Of a stretch of DNA of 27,698 nt, positions 5,829 through 14,716 are shown piece by piece (positions within the stretch are counted from its first letter, which is position 1; each line of letters begins with the position of its first letter). Location of the stretch: positions 1-27,698 of the IMG/VR virus record IMGVR_UViG_3300017911_000217. One strand, given 5' to 3'. Both the position numbers and the translations under genes were made by a program. The stretch comes from a virus (Duplodnaviria; Caudoviricetes). The notes below the pieces were generated by a model that was given only the letters and a program-made list of their open reading frames with translations, ran no database searches and was not told the DNA's origin.

Positions 5829-7372
5829 GCAAGTTATCTGCTGAACAAATCATGAAACGTCATGAAATGGCGCAAAGACGCAAGGACAACTGGCGTCAGA
5901 TTTATGAAGATTGCTATGAGTTTGCGTTGCCACAGCGTAACCTATACGATGGCTACTATGAGGGTGGGGGATCGCCCGGCCAGAATAAAATGGTTCGCGT
6001 GTTTGATAGTACCGCCATCAACGCCACACAGCGATTTGCAAACCGCATCCAATCTGGTTTGTTCCCGCCGTATGGCAACTGGTGTCGCTTAGAGCCGGGT
6101 GCAGATATTCCGGCAGATCGCGCAATCGAGGCACAAGCCGCGCTCGATGTTTACTCCGAAAAAATGTTTGACGTATTGCGTCAGTCTAACTTTGACTTGG
6201 CTATGGGTGAGTTTCTGCTTGACCTAGCCGTTGGCACAGCCGTGATGCTGGTACAGCCGGGCGATGAAATCACACCTATTCGCTTTGAGGCAGTGCCGCA
6301 GTATTTGGTTTGCATCGAAGAAGGCGCAAACGGCAAGGTCGATAATGTATATCGCCGTATGCGTATCAAGGGCGAGGCTATCACACAGCACTGGCCTGAC
6401 GCGGAAATCCCACCGCGCTTGGCGCAGATGATTGAAGACAAGCCAACCGAAGAAGTTGATCTGATTGAGGCGACCATCTATGACCCTGAGATGGGGCAGT
6501 ATTGCTATCACGTTATCTGGCCACACGGCAAAGACGAACTGCTGAAGCGGTACATGAAATCATCACCGTGGATCGTGGCACGCTACAGCAAGGTCGCTGG
6601 TGAGGTGTATGGCCGTGGCCCATTGGTCACCGCTATCCCAGACATCAAGACGCTAAACAAGACGCTTGAGTTGCTGCTGAAGAACGCGAGCCTGTCTATT
6701 GCTGGCGTATATACAGCCGCAGATGATGGCGTATTGAACCCACAGACCATTCGCATTGCGCCGGGCGCAGTTATCCCTGTGGCGCGTAATGGTGGGCCGC
6801 AGGGCGAAAGCCTGCGGATGTTGCCACGCTCTGGTGACTTTAACGTCAGCCAGATCGTGATCAACGACCTGCGTATGAACATCAAGAAGATTCTGTTGGA
6901 CGATACCCTGCCGCCAGACAATATGTCAGCGCGGTCAGCAACCGAGGTTGCGGAGCGCATGAAAGAACTGGCGCAGAACTTGGGGTCAGCGTTTGGTCGC
7001 TTGATTACTGAGACAATGTTGCCGCTGGTTGCGCGCATCCTGTATGTAATGGATGAACGTGGCTTGATCGAACTGCCGCTGAAGGTCAATGGCCTTGAGG
7101 TTAAGGTCAGCCCGGTCAGCCCGATTGCACAAGCGCAGAACTTGGGCGACATCGAAAAGATCATGAATTGGGTGCAGTTGTCTGCTGGCCTTGGTATGGA
7201 TGGCCAGATGGCGGTACGCACCGCATCTATCTCTGATTATGTTGCCGATAAGTTGGGTGTCCCAGCCGAACTACGCACCACGCCTGCTGAACGACAGCAG
7301 ATGATGGAGCAGGCACAGCAAGCCGCGATGATGGCGGCACAGGCGCAGGGCGCACCAGTAGAAGGGGAATAG
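5825..7372 (+). CDS. Portal protein (head-to-tail connector, T7 gp8/Bbp21 family)
   Basis: 515 aa; motifs FDSTA...A.R..SGL.PP...W, PWIVARY...GEVYGRGP and SATEV.ER..E....LG..FGRL. Confidence 0.96.
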   Translation: MSKLSAEQIMKRHEMAQRRKDNWRQIYEDCYEFALPQRNLYDGYYEGGGSPGQNKMVRVFDSTAINATQRFANRIQSGLFPPYGNWCRLEPGADIPADRAIEAQAALDVYSEKMFDVLRQSNFDLAMGEFLLDLAVGTAVMLVQPGDEITPIRFEAVPQYLVCIEEGANGKVDNVYRRMRIKGEAITQHWPDAEIPPRLAQMIEDKPTEEVDLIEATIYDPEMGQYCYHVIWPHGKDELLKRYMKSSPWIVARYSKVAGEVYGRGPLVTAIPDIKTLNKTLELLLKNASLSIAGVYTAADDGVLNPQTIRIAPGAVIPVARNGGPQGESLRMLPRSGDFNVSQIVINDLRMNIKKILLDDTLPPDNMSARSATEVAERMKELAQNLGSAFGRLITETMLPLVARILYVMDERGLIELPLKVNGLEVKVSPVSPIAQAQNLGDIEKIMNWVQLSAGLGMDGQMAVRTASISDYVADKLGVPAELRTTPAERQQMMEQAQQAAMMAAQAQGAPVEGE

Positions 7373-7373
7373 C

Positions 7374-7643
7374 ATGAATGTTGAGGGATGGGACGGTCTT
7401 AGAACCGTAGAGCCTGAAGTACGTCAAACCAATGAGGAACATCGCGATGATATTGATCGGCTATACCTCAGAGTATTCGCCAGTGAGGATGGGCAGAAAC
7501 TACATGAACATCTGCGCTCACTGACGATAGAGCAACCCACTTGGTATCCGGGTGAAGATGCTTCACACGGTTATGCTAGGGAGGGTCAAAATTCACTTGT
7601 TCGAGAAATCGAACGCAGAATAATGAGGGCAAGAAACCTATGA
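7374..7643 (+). CDS. Bbp19-like phage protein
   Basis: Y.RVF.SEDGQK...HL......AREGQNSLV..I motif; usual position after the portal. Confidence 0.8.
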   Translation: MNVEGWDGLRTVEPEVRQTNEEHRDDIDRLYLRVFASEDGQKLHEHLRSLTIEQPTWYPGEDASHGYAREGQNSLVREIERRIMRARNL

Positions 7644-8413
7644 ATGAAACCGAGGGCCTGCTGGCCGAGGCCGTTGTCGAGGAAGACAACAGCACCGATA
7701 ACCAACAGCAACAGGAATCAAACATCTCCCACCTTGATCCGGCAGAACAGCCGGAACAACAACAAGCAACCGAAGAAGCACCAGAGCGTCCTGAGTGGTT
7801 GCCGGAAAAGTTTAAACAGCCAGAAGACTTGGCAAATGCCTATTCTGAGTTGCAGAAAAAGTTTTCGCAGGGCAAGCATAAAGCCCCAGATGAATACGAT
7901 GTCAGTGTATTCAATGACGCAAACATCCCCGAAGATGATGAACTATTCAACACATACCGCGATTGGGCCAAGGACAACGGCATCAGTCAGGATGCGTTTG
8001 AGCAGTTAGCAGGTAAATTCATCGAGATGGCCGGGGCTGAAGCGCAAGAGGCTGAGATTTCTTATCAAGAAGAATATAAGAAACTTGGCAACAACGCTGA
8101 TGCTGTCATCAAGTCTATGACCGATTGGGCATCGAGCCTTGTTCGCAAGGGTGTCTGGGGTCAGGATGACTTTGAAGAATTTAAGATTATGGGCGGCACA
8201 GCCCAAGGTCTTAGGGCTTTGCAGAAAATCAGATCGTACTATGGCGATCAGGCTATTCCTGTAAACGTAGCACAGCCGGAGGGCTTGCCATCGAAAGAGG
8301 AACTGCAACATATGGTCGGTACGCCTGAGTATCAGAGTGATCCATCGTACCGAGCAAAGGTTGAAAGACTGTTTGATCAGGTGTATGGTACTGAAGAATA
8401 TCAAGCATCTTAA
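7640..8413 (+). CDS. Capsid assembly scaffolding protein
   Basis: Acidic; RPEWLPEKF...DLANAYSELQKK; C-terminal PEYQSDPSYRAKVERLF; lies between portal and capsid. Confidence 0.88.
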   Translation: MNETEGLLAEAVVEEDNSTDNQQQQESNISHLDPAEQPEQQQATEEAPERPEWLPEKFKQPEDLANAYSELQKKFSQGKHKAPDEYDVSVFNDANIPEDDELFNTYRDWAKDNGISQDAFEQLAGKFIEMAGAEAQEAEISYQEEYKKLGNNADAVIKSMTDWASSLVRKGVWGQDDFEEFKIMGGTAQGLRALQKIRSYYGDQAIPVNVAQPEGLPSKEELQHMVGTPEYQSDPSYRAKVERLFDQVYGTEEYQAS

Positions 8414-8433
8414 TCACAACAAGACCTTACGCG

Positions 8434-8465
8434 AGGCTGGGTGTTTACACACCCGGCCTTTTTCT
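8434..8465 (+). terminator. Intrinsic terminator after the scaffold gene
   Basis: AGGCTGGGTGT-TTAC-ACACCCGGCCT followed by TTTTCT. Confidence 0.75.
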
Positions 8466-8472
8466 GTATATT
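8444..8472 (+). promoter_or_regulatory. Putative sigma70-type promoter for the capsid gene
   Basis: -35 TTTACA (8444-49), 17 nt, -10 TATATT (8467-72). The predicted start near 8479 coincides with the first leader hairpin. Confidence 0.55.
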
Positions 8473-8478
8473 TGTCTT

Positions 8479-8564
8479 GACAGATACCCGACCTTCGGCC
8501 TGTCGCCCACGTTTGGGGGCGTGACGTTCATGCCCAAGTGACAGCCCTGCTTGCAGGATACCTG
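8479..8564 (+). promoter_or_regulatory. Structured 5' leader of the capsid mRNA
   Basis: Hairpins GACAG-ATAC-CCGA-CCT-TCGG-C-CTGTC (8479-8504), GCCC..GGGC (8505-20) and CAG-C-CCTG-CTTG-CAGG-ATAC-CTG (8542-64). Confidence 0.6.
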
Positions 8565-8604
8565 ATGCGATCTCAACTTTAACTTTGTTCAATAGGAGTA
8601 TGAA

Positions 8605-9441
8605 ATGGCAGTTGGCATTTCTTCAGCCTTTGTTCAGTTGTTCGATGCCGAGGTCAAGCAGGCATATCAGGGCGCACGCGCTCTGGCAGGCGTGACACGC
8701 GAGCGTAACAATGTCGAAGGCAATCAGGTGAAATTCCCGAAGATCGGGAAAGGCACTGCAACAGTCCGCGTACCGCAGACTGACGTAACCCCGCTTAATG
8801 TGACCTACTCACAAGTGTCGGCCACAATGAGTGACTACATCGCCGCTGAATATAGCGACATCTTTAATCAGCAAAAAGTCAATTTTGACGAACGCCGTGA
8901 ATTGGTTTCTGTCGTTGGTAGCGCAATTGGCCGCCGTATGGACCAGTTGGTTATTGACGCAATCAATGCCGCGTCTTCACCGTCAACCGTTGGCACAAAC
9001 ATTGGTGGCACAGGCACAAACATGAACCTTGCCAAGTTGCTCGCCGCTAAAAAGGCAATGGATGCCAAGAACGTACCTGCTGAAGGTCGTTGCATGATCA
9101 TCCACGCCAACAACCTCTCAGCACTGCTGGACGAAACAGAACTGACATCAAGCGATTTTGCTACCGTCAAGGCACTGTCAACTGGTGAAATTGATACCTT
9201 CTTGGGCTTCAAATTCATCACAATCGGTGACCGTGACGAAGGTGGCCTGCCGCTTGCTTCAGGTGTTCGTACTTGCTTGGCCTTCCACCGCGATGCGGCT
9301 GGTCTGGGCATTGGCATGAACCAGAAGTCTGAAATCAACTATGTTCCTGAGAAGACATCGTTCCTCGTTGCTTCAATGTTCTCCGCTGGTGCGGTAGCCA
9401 TTGACGATGAAGGCATTGTCAAAATCTCAGCGACTGAATAA
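8605..9441 (+). CDS. Major capsid protein
   Basis: SD AGGAG at 8594; 278 aa; FVQLFDAEVKQAYQ, AIGRRMDQLVIDA, SSDF..VKAL..GEIDTFLGFKF, IDDEGIVKI (BPP-1/HTVC010P-type MCP pattern); follows the scaffold. Confidence 0.93.
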   Translation: MAVGISSAFVQLFDAEVKQAYQGARALAGVTRERNNVEGNQVKFPKIGKGTATVRVPQTDVTPLNVTYSQVSATMSDYIAAEYSDIFNQQKVNFDERRELVSVVGSAIGRRMDQLVIDAINAASSPSTVGTNIGGTGTNMNLAKLLAAKKAMDAKNVPAEGRCMIIHANNLSALLDETELTSSDFATVKALSTGEIDTFLGFKFITIGDRDEGGLPLASGVRTCLAFHRDAAGLGIGMNQKSEINYVPEKTSFLVASMFSAGAVAIDDEGIVKISATE

Positions 9442-9453
9442 GGAGATTAAATA

Positions 9454-9726
9454 ATGGCTTATTCAAATGCAGGTTGGAACGTAATTGGTGCGGCGAAGTC
9501 AGGCAATGCCCCTTCAATGTACACTTACACATCAGCAGACGCGATTGCTACTGTGAACACTTCAGGTTACTTCAATGACCTGTCTGACACACTGGCAGTT
9601 GGCGACATCATCTTTGTGCATGACAGCGCAACCCCAACAATGTCAATTGTTATGGTAGCGTCAAACGCCTCTGGCGTTGTCGATGTCACAGACGGTACTG
9701 CTGTCGCAATGACAGACACCGACTAA
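9454..9726 (+). CDS. Small capsid-associated/decoration-like protein
   Basis: SD AAGGAG; YTSADAIATVNTSGYFN....L.VGDIIFV; lies between the MCP gene and a terminator-like hairpin. Confidence 0.7.
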   Translation: MAYSNAGWNVIGAAKSGNAPSMYTYTSADAIATVNTSGYFNDLSDTLAVGDIIFVHDSATPTMSIVMVASNASGVVDVTDGTAVAMTDTD

Positions 9727-9733
9727 ATTGATC

Positions 9734-9762
9734 GGGGCGGGTTATCCCGCCCCCTTCATCTT
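9734..9762 (+). terminator. Hairpin/leaky terminator after the capsid genes
   Basis: GGGGCGGG-TTAT-CCCGCCCC followed by an imperfect U-tract CTTCATCTT. Confidence 0.65.
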
Positions 9763-9776
9763 ATTGGAGACACGCA

Positions 9777-10391
9777 ATGGCGCAAGGCGATACTAAACTC
9801 TCAATCTGTTCTGACGCGCTCATTATGCTTGGCGCATCTCCCCTTTCTAGTTTCTCAGATGGTACTGATGAAGCGCAGGTCGCTGACCGTCTATATGACG
9901 ATGTGCGCGACACGCTGTTAATGCAGTACCCATTTTCTTGGTCTATCAAAAAAGTAAAACTGGCGCGTCTGGTCGATACGCCAATCAACGAATGGAAGTA
10001 TAAGTACCAGTTGCCGGGCGATATGCTGGGCAACCCAAAGGCGGTGTTTGCTACCAGTTACATCTCAAGCCCGACCATCAGGGAGTTTGAGATTTACAGT
10101 GATGGCCTGCACACCAACATTGAAAATGCTTGGGTTGATTATCAGTACACACCAGAGCCTGCCGAGTTTCCGCCATATTTTGTGCGGCTGTTGCGTACAG
10201 CACTGGCGGCAGAGTTTGCCGAGCCGATCACCGACCAGATCACCAAGGCGCAGTATTTCCATCAGCAGGCATACGGTGCGCCATCCGACAATATGCGCGG
10301 TGGTTTGTTCCGGGTCGCCGTTAACATTGATGGCACTGACCGCCCGGCACAAACAATACAAGAGTTTCCCATTACCGACATAAGGTTCTAA
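9777..10391 (+). CDS. Tail tubular protein A / adaptor (T7 gp11-like)
   Basis: ICSDALIMLGA.P..SF...A....Y...RD.LL..YPFSW...YQLP.D; positioned after the capsid. Confidence 0.88.
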   Translation: MAQGDTKLSICSDALIMLGASPLSSFSDGTDEAQVADRLYDDVRDTLLMQYPFSWSIKKVKLARLVDTPINEWKYKYQLPGDMLGNPKAVFATSYISSPTIREFEIYSDGLHTNIENAWVDYQYTPEPAEFPPYFVRLLRTALAAEFAEPITDQITKAQYFHQQAYGAPSDNMRGGLFRVAVNIDGTDRPAQTIQEFPITDIRF

Positions 10392-10392
10392 A

Positions 10393-12417
10393 ATGTCGCG
10401 GATCATTCAGATACAAAATGATTTTACTAGCGGTGAGTTAGACCCACGCCTGCGCGCTAGAACTGACATTTCACAGTATAACTCTGGGCTGACTACAGCG
10501 CGCAATGTATCTATCCAGCCGCAAGGCGGTGCTGTTCGGCGTGATGGCACTAAGTATGTTGCCGAACTAGACAGCGGCGCGGCTAACGCGGTGCGTATGG
10601 TATCGTTTGAATTTAGCATCAGCGACAGTTATATGCTGATCTTCACGCCCGGTAAGATGTATGTATTTAAGAACAACGCGCTTGTCACCGACATCAACGG
10701 CAGTGGCAACGACTACCTGACCGTCAGCGCGTTAACGTCTAGCATTTTGCCAGAAATGAATTGGGTGCAATCAGCGGATACAGTTATCGTCACGCATGAA
10801 GACTTAGCACCGCTGAAGATTGTACGCGGTGCATCCGACAGCACTTGGACAGCCAGCACTATCTCATTTGGATATGTGCCGCAGTATGCTTACAGCATTA
10901 CAACTGTTGATGGCTCAACGCTGACTACAGATAGTTTCGACCATCTCGACCCCAGCGGCACATCCGGCAACATCACAATTGAGGCTATGAAAAGTGGTGG
11001 CAGTAGTGAGAGTGATGTATTCACGCAATCTGCATCCTACTATGAGAACCAGTATCTAAACGTCACGCCATTTGGCCGCTTGCGTATTATTCGCAAGGTT
11101 GATGACCACACACTAGAGTGTTACGCGGAAGTGCCATTGTTTGATACAAACGCTATCGACAAGGCTGACTTTGAGATTGAACGCGGCTATGAGGATGTAT
11201 GGTCGTCATCACGCGGTTACCCGCGTAGCGTGACATTCCACGAAGGCCGCCTGTACTTTGGCGGCACTAAGTCACGACCATCAACTTTGTTTGGCTCGCG
11301 CGTATCTGACTTTTTTAACTTTGATCCGGGCGAGGCGTTGGATGACGCAGGCGTTGAGGCCACGCTAGACACTGGCACGTTTAACGCAATCATCGACATT
11401 TACGCTGGTCGTCACTTGCAGGTGTTTACGACAGGCGGTGAGTTTTATGTGCCGCAGTCACTGGACGAGCCGATCACGCCATCAAACTTTATCGTAAAAG
11501 AGCAAACCGCGTTTGGTAGCAAGCCGGGCATCCGGGTGCAGAACGTGGATGGCTCGACCATCTTTGTTCAGCGTCAGGGTAAGTCACTGCAAGAGTTTGT
11601 GTTTAGCGACACGGTAAACGCTTATGTGTCAGCCAAGATTTCACTGCTGTCATCTCACCTGCTAAAGTCACCGAGCGAGGTGGCTGTGCGTAGATCAACA
11701 GCGACAGACGAAGGCGACCGCCTGATGATCGTCAATGATGATGATGGGTCTATTGCTTGCTATACGCTGTTGCGCTCACAGAACGTGATCGCGCCCAGCG
11801 AGTGGACGACAGATGGTGACTTTATAAACATTGGCGTTGATGTCGATACGATCTATGTGGTGGTCAAGCGTAACATCGACAGCAGTGATGTTTACTATGT
11901 GGAGGTGTTCGATGCGGATGTCTTGGTTGATTGTGCTATTACAGGCGGTGCGGCATCCAGTGTTAATGTGGCGCATCTGGAAGGTGAAACCGTCAAGGTT
12001 ATTCGAGATGGGGTCGTTGAGGCAGATCAAACTGTCGGTGCTTCTCCACACACTGTCACTTTCGCTCAGAGTGCGACTGCGAGCCACACAGTTGGTCTTA
12101 ACTTTACCCCAGAGATAAAGACCCTCCCGGTCGAGCCAAGGCTACCCAGCGGCTCTCTGAAGGGCTTTAAGAAGCGTATCTTTGAGGTAAATGCCGAATT
12201 GTTTGAGACGCAGGCTCTAACCATCAACGGCAAAGAGGTAGCGTTTAGACGTTTTGGTGACGACATCTTAGATGACGATGTTGAAGAATTTACAGGGATC
12301 AAGACATTACACGGTATTTTAGGTTATACTTACGATGGGCAGATCACAGTTGGGCAAAACGTGCCACTGAAAATGACTGTACTTGGCATTGATTATAAAG
12401 TGAGTGTGGGACAATGA
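10393..12417 (+). CDS. Tail tubular protein B / nozzle (T7 gp12-like)
   Basis: 674 aa; N-terminal F.SGELDP.L.AR.D...Y.......N....QGG..RR.GT; GYPRSVTFHEGRLYFGG; HLEGETV. Confidence 0.9.
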   Translation: MSRIIQIQNDFTSGELDPRLRARTDISQYNSGLTTARNVSIQPQGGAVRRDGTKYVAELDSGAANAVRMVSFEFSISDSYMLIFTPGKMYVFKNNALVTDINGSGNDYLTVSALTSSILPEMNWVQSADTVIVTHEDLAPLKIVRGASDSTWTASTISFGYVPQYAYSITTVDGSTLTTDSFDHLDPSGTSGNITIEAMKSGGSSESDVFTQSASYYENQYLNVTPFGRLRIIRKVDDHTLECYAEVPLFDTNAIDKADFEIERGYEDVWSSSRGYPRSVTFHEGRLYFGGTKSRPSTLFGSRVSDFFNFDPGEALDDAGVEATLDTGTFNAIIDIYAGRHLQVFTTGGEFYVPQSLDEPITPSNFIVKEQTAFGSKPGIRVQNVDGSTIFVQRQGKSLQEFVFSDTVNAYVSAKISLLSSHLLKSPSEVAVRRSTATDEGDRLMIVNDDDGSIACYTLLRSQNVIAPSEWTTDGDFINIGVDVDTIYVVVKRNIDSSDVYYVEVFDADVLVDCAITGGAASSVNVAHLEGETVKVIRDGVVEADQTVGASPHTVTFAQSATASHTVGLNFTPEIKTLPVEPRLPSGSLKGFKKRIFEVNAELFETQALTINGKEVAFRRFGDDILDDDVEEFTGIKTLHGILGYTYDGQITVGQNVPLKMTVLGIDYKVSVGQ

Positions 12418-12962
12418 CAGCACAGGTAGCATTAGCAGGCGTACAGGGCATCATGAAGATGCAAGCCGCGCGCACGCAAGCCAAGGGCTTGGCGGCGCAG
12501 GCGACAATGGCGAGACTGCAAGCAAAGCAAGAAAGCCTGAAATACAAACAGCAGGGCGTTAGTGTTCTGGAGAATATCCTGAGAACATCTGCGGCGATTA
12601 CTGCACGCGCGGCGGCTGGCGGCATTGATCCATTCACCGGGAGCGCGGCAAACTTGGCGCGTTACGCATTGTCTAAAGGTGTGCAGGAATTGTACACGGT
12701 ACAGGACAACGAATTGATTACAATTCGCGGCGGCGAAATGCAGGCTGGCCAGTATATGGCGCAGGCCAAAGGTCTTATGCAGGGTGCTATGATGGACGCT
12801 GTATTCGGCGTGGCAAGCGCATCGCTTGCGCCAAAGATTGGTGGGCCTGCGCCGACATCAGGTTTGCAGTCAGGCGCGTCAGGCAGTGGCGCATACTTGC
12901 GTACAGGCATGACATCCGGCACGCGCCCGACACTCGACCCTTTAAGAATGGTGTTTAGTTAA
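12414..12962 (+). CDS. Internal virion (ejection) protein, gp14-like
   Basis: Ala/Gly/Gln-rich, ARAAAGGIDPFTGS motif, directly after the nozzle gene. Confidence 0.7.
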   Translation: MTAQVALAGVQGIMKMQAARTQAKGLAAQATMARLQAKQESLKYKQQGVSVLENILRTSAAITARAAAGGIDPFTGSAANLARYALSKGVQELYTVQDNELITIRGGEMQAGQYMAQAKGLMQGAMMDAVFGVASASLAPKIGGPAPTSGLQSGASGSGAYLRTGMTSGTRPTLDPLRMVFS

Positions 12963-14716
12963 TGGCTGATTTACCTCGATACAGACCGCTAGGTGTTTCC
13001 ATTGGCAGTATGCCATCGGTGAACTTTGTGCAGACAGGCAAGGTTGTTGCTCAGAAATACGAGAACATCGACCGCGCGCTTGGGCAGATTTCTAACTATC
13101 TGTATGAGCAAGAGGTCGCCAAGGCTAAGACCGCTGGCGCACGCTATGGTGCGGAGCAAGCACCCACAGCCGAGCAGTTAGACAAAGCCCGGCAGTCAGG
13201 CACTGGTTTGCGTCAGATGCTACCGGGCGACACTGACACTGTATTTGGTCAAGCGGCGCAGGCAAGCGCAATGGCTGTCATTGAGGCTAAGATGGAAGTC
13301 TCAGCGCGCAATGCCATCACGCAGTTACGCATTGATGCCGAGCAGAAAGACTTATCCGCAGATGAATTTCAAGTGCAGTTGAATGGCTTGATTGATGGTT
13401 ATGCGTCATCACTGGCACAGATCGACCCGGTATCGGCTGTAAACTTTGAGGCATCTATTGCGGCGACAGCAAACACAAACTTGCTGGCTCACGCGCAAGA
13501 CATTGCGGAAAAGATTGAGGCGCAAGAAAGCATCGCCGTTGAGTTTGACTTTACGCAAAACATTTTGCCATCTGTCGATATGATCATCTCAAACGGTGCG
13601 ACCAGAAACGCTGACACAGGCGAGGTCACCACAGTTGAGACACAATTGAACGAACTGCGAAATAAGGCAGTGACGCTGGCTCTCGCCACATTTGACGAAG
13701 ACAAGGCTGAAAGTTTTATCAAGCGTTATGATGATCGCGTCTTAACCGCAACAAACACATACATGACTAATTGGGCAATGACCAAACCATCACAGCATCT
13801 GCGTCAGATGAGGGCTGGTGAGTTTACAGACGGTCGCGTTGGCGATATGTGGAACAGCATGAACGACACGCAGAAAGATGCGGTGCGTAAATCTGTGCGC
13901 GATGAGATCACAGCCAGAAACTCTTTGATTGCGAGCAATGAGCGTGTTGATGAAATCAACGCGAATAATAGAGTTGATGAATTGTTGCCAAAGGTTTTAG
14001 ATAATATAAGAAACCCGAAAGAAGATATTGACGCTGATTTGGCTGAGATCAGGACGCTAAAGCCAGAACTGTATGATTCTCTGATTGAGGTGCGCGACAG
14101 CAAGGGTGGACGCGATGACGCTGACACAATCGCTGATTTAGACCGAAAAAAGATCAAGGGCGAACTAACTTACGAAGATGTTATTGCCGCCACGACAGCG
14201 AAGAACTTAACACCTAACACTGCCGATGGTTACTTTACCAGCATCGCCGCCCAGAGAGACAAAAGATTTGTCAGGGCAATGCGTATGCTATCAAGGGAGT
14301 ACGGCAGTCCTGACGAAATTATGCTTGGGCGCGCATTGAAAGAAGATGAACTTGATCGTCTGAATGAGTTAAATGATCTGATAAACGAAATGGAAGAAAG
14401 CCGCGAAGATTTAAACTTTGACCCAATGACGTTTGCCAAAGAGGCTATTAAGGAAAAAGGTGGGGCTGCCAAGGTTTCTTCGGCTATCAATAACCTTACA
14501 AGCGATATTGACGCAAGGCTTGGTTCGTTCCCTGTTATTAAACAGATGATGAACACATCAAGCCGCATTGAAGCAATTGAGGAAATGCTTGCTGAAGAAT
14601 ACGAGCCGGGCGGTTTGTTCTCAAGTAAAAAAGGTGTATCCCCATCAGCGCGCAGAATACTATCAGATATTCTGGTAAGCCTTAGACGACTTGAAAAAAT
14701 GGAGGCCGGGCAGTGA
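12962..14716 (+). CDS. Internal virion (ejection) protein, gp15-like position
   Basis: 584-aa ORF with helical-type composition, coupled to both neighbours; assignment is by synteny. Confidence 0.6.
   Translation: MADLPRYRPLGVSIGSMPSVNFVQTGKVVAQKYENIDRALGQISNYLYEQEVAKAKTAGARYGAEQAPTAEQLDKARQSGTGLRQMLPGDTDTVFGQAAQASAMAVIEAKMEVSARNAITQLRIDAEQKDLSADEFQVQLNGLIDGYASSLAQIDPVSAVNFEASIAATANTNLLAHAQDIAEKIEAQESIAVEFDFTQNILPSVDMIISNGATRNADTGEVTTVETQLNELRNKAVTLALATFDEDKAESFIKRYDDRVLTATNTYMTNWAMTKPSQHLRQMRAGEFTDGRVGDMWNSMNDTQKDAVRKSVRDEITARNSLIASNERVDEINANNRVDELLPKVLDNIRNPKEDIDADLAEIRTLKPELYDSLIEVRDSKGGRDDADTIADLDRKKIKGELTYEDVIAATTAKNLTPNTADGYFTSIAAQRDKRFVRAMRMLSREYGSPDEIMLGRALKEDELDRLNELNDLINEMEESREDLNFDPMTFAKEAIKEKGGAAKVSSAINNLTSDIDARLGSFPVIKQMMNTSSRIEAIEEMLAEEYEPGGLFSSKKGVSPSARRILSDILVSLRRLEKMEAGQ

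Noticed and set aside
6583-7221. Long minus-strand ORFs (e.g. 6583-7221, 3268-3768, 8868-9338, 14992-15564, 22206-22745)
   Set aside because: They are antisense shadows of well-supported plus-strand genes, with no recognisable motifs.
9400-9460. T7 10A/10B-type frameshift extension of the capsid protein
   Set aside because: No slippery heptamer is evident, and the downstream ORF has its own strong SD.
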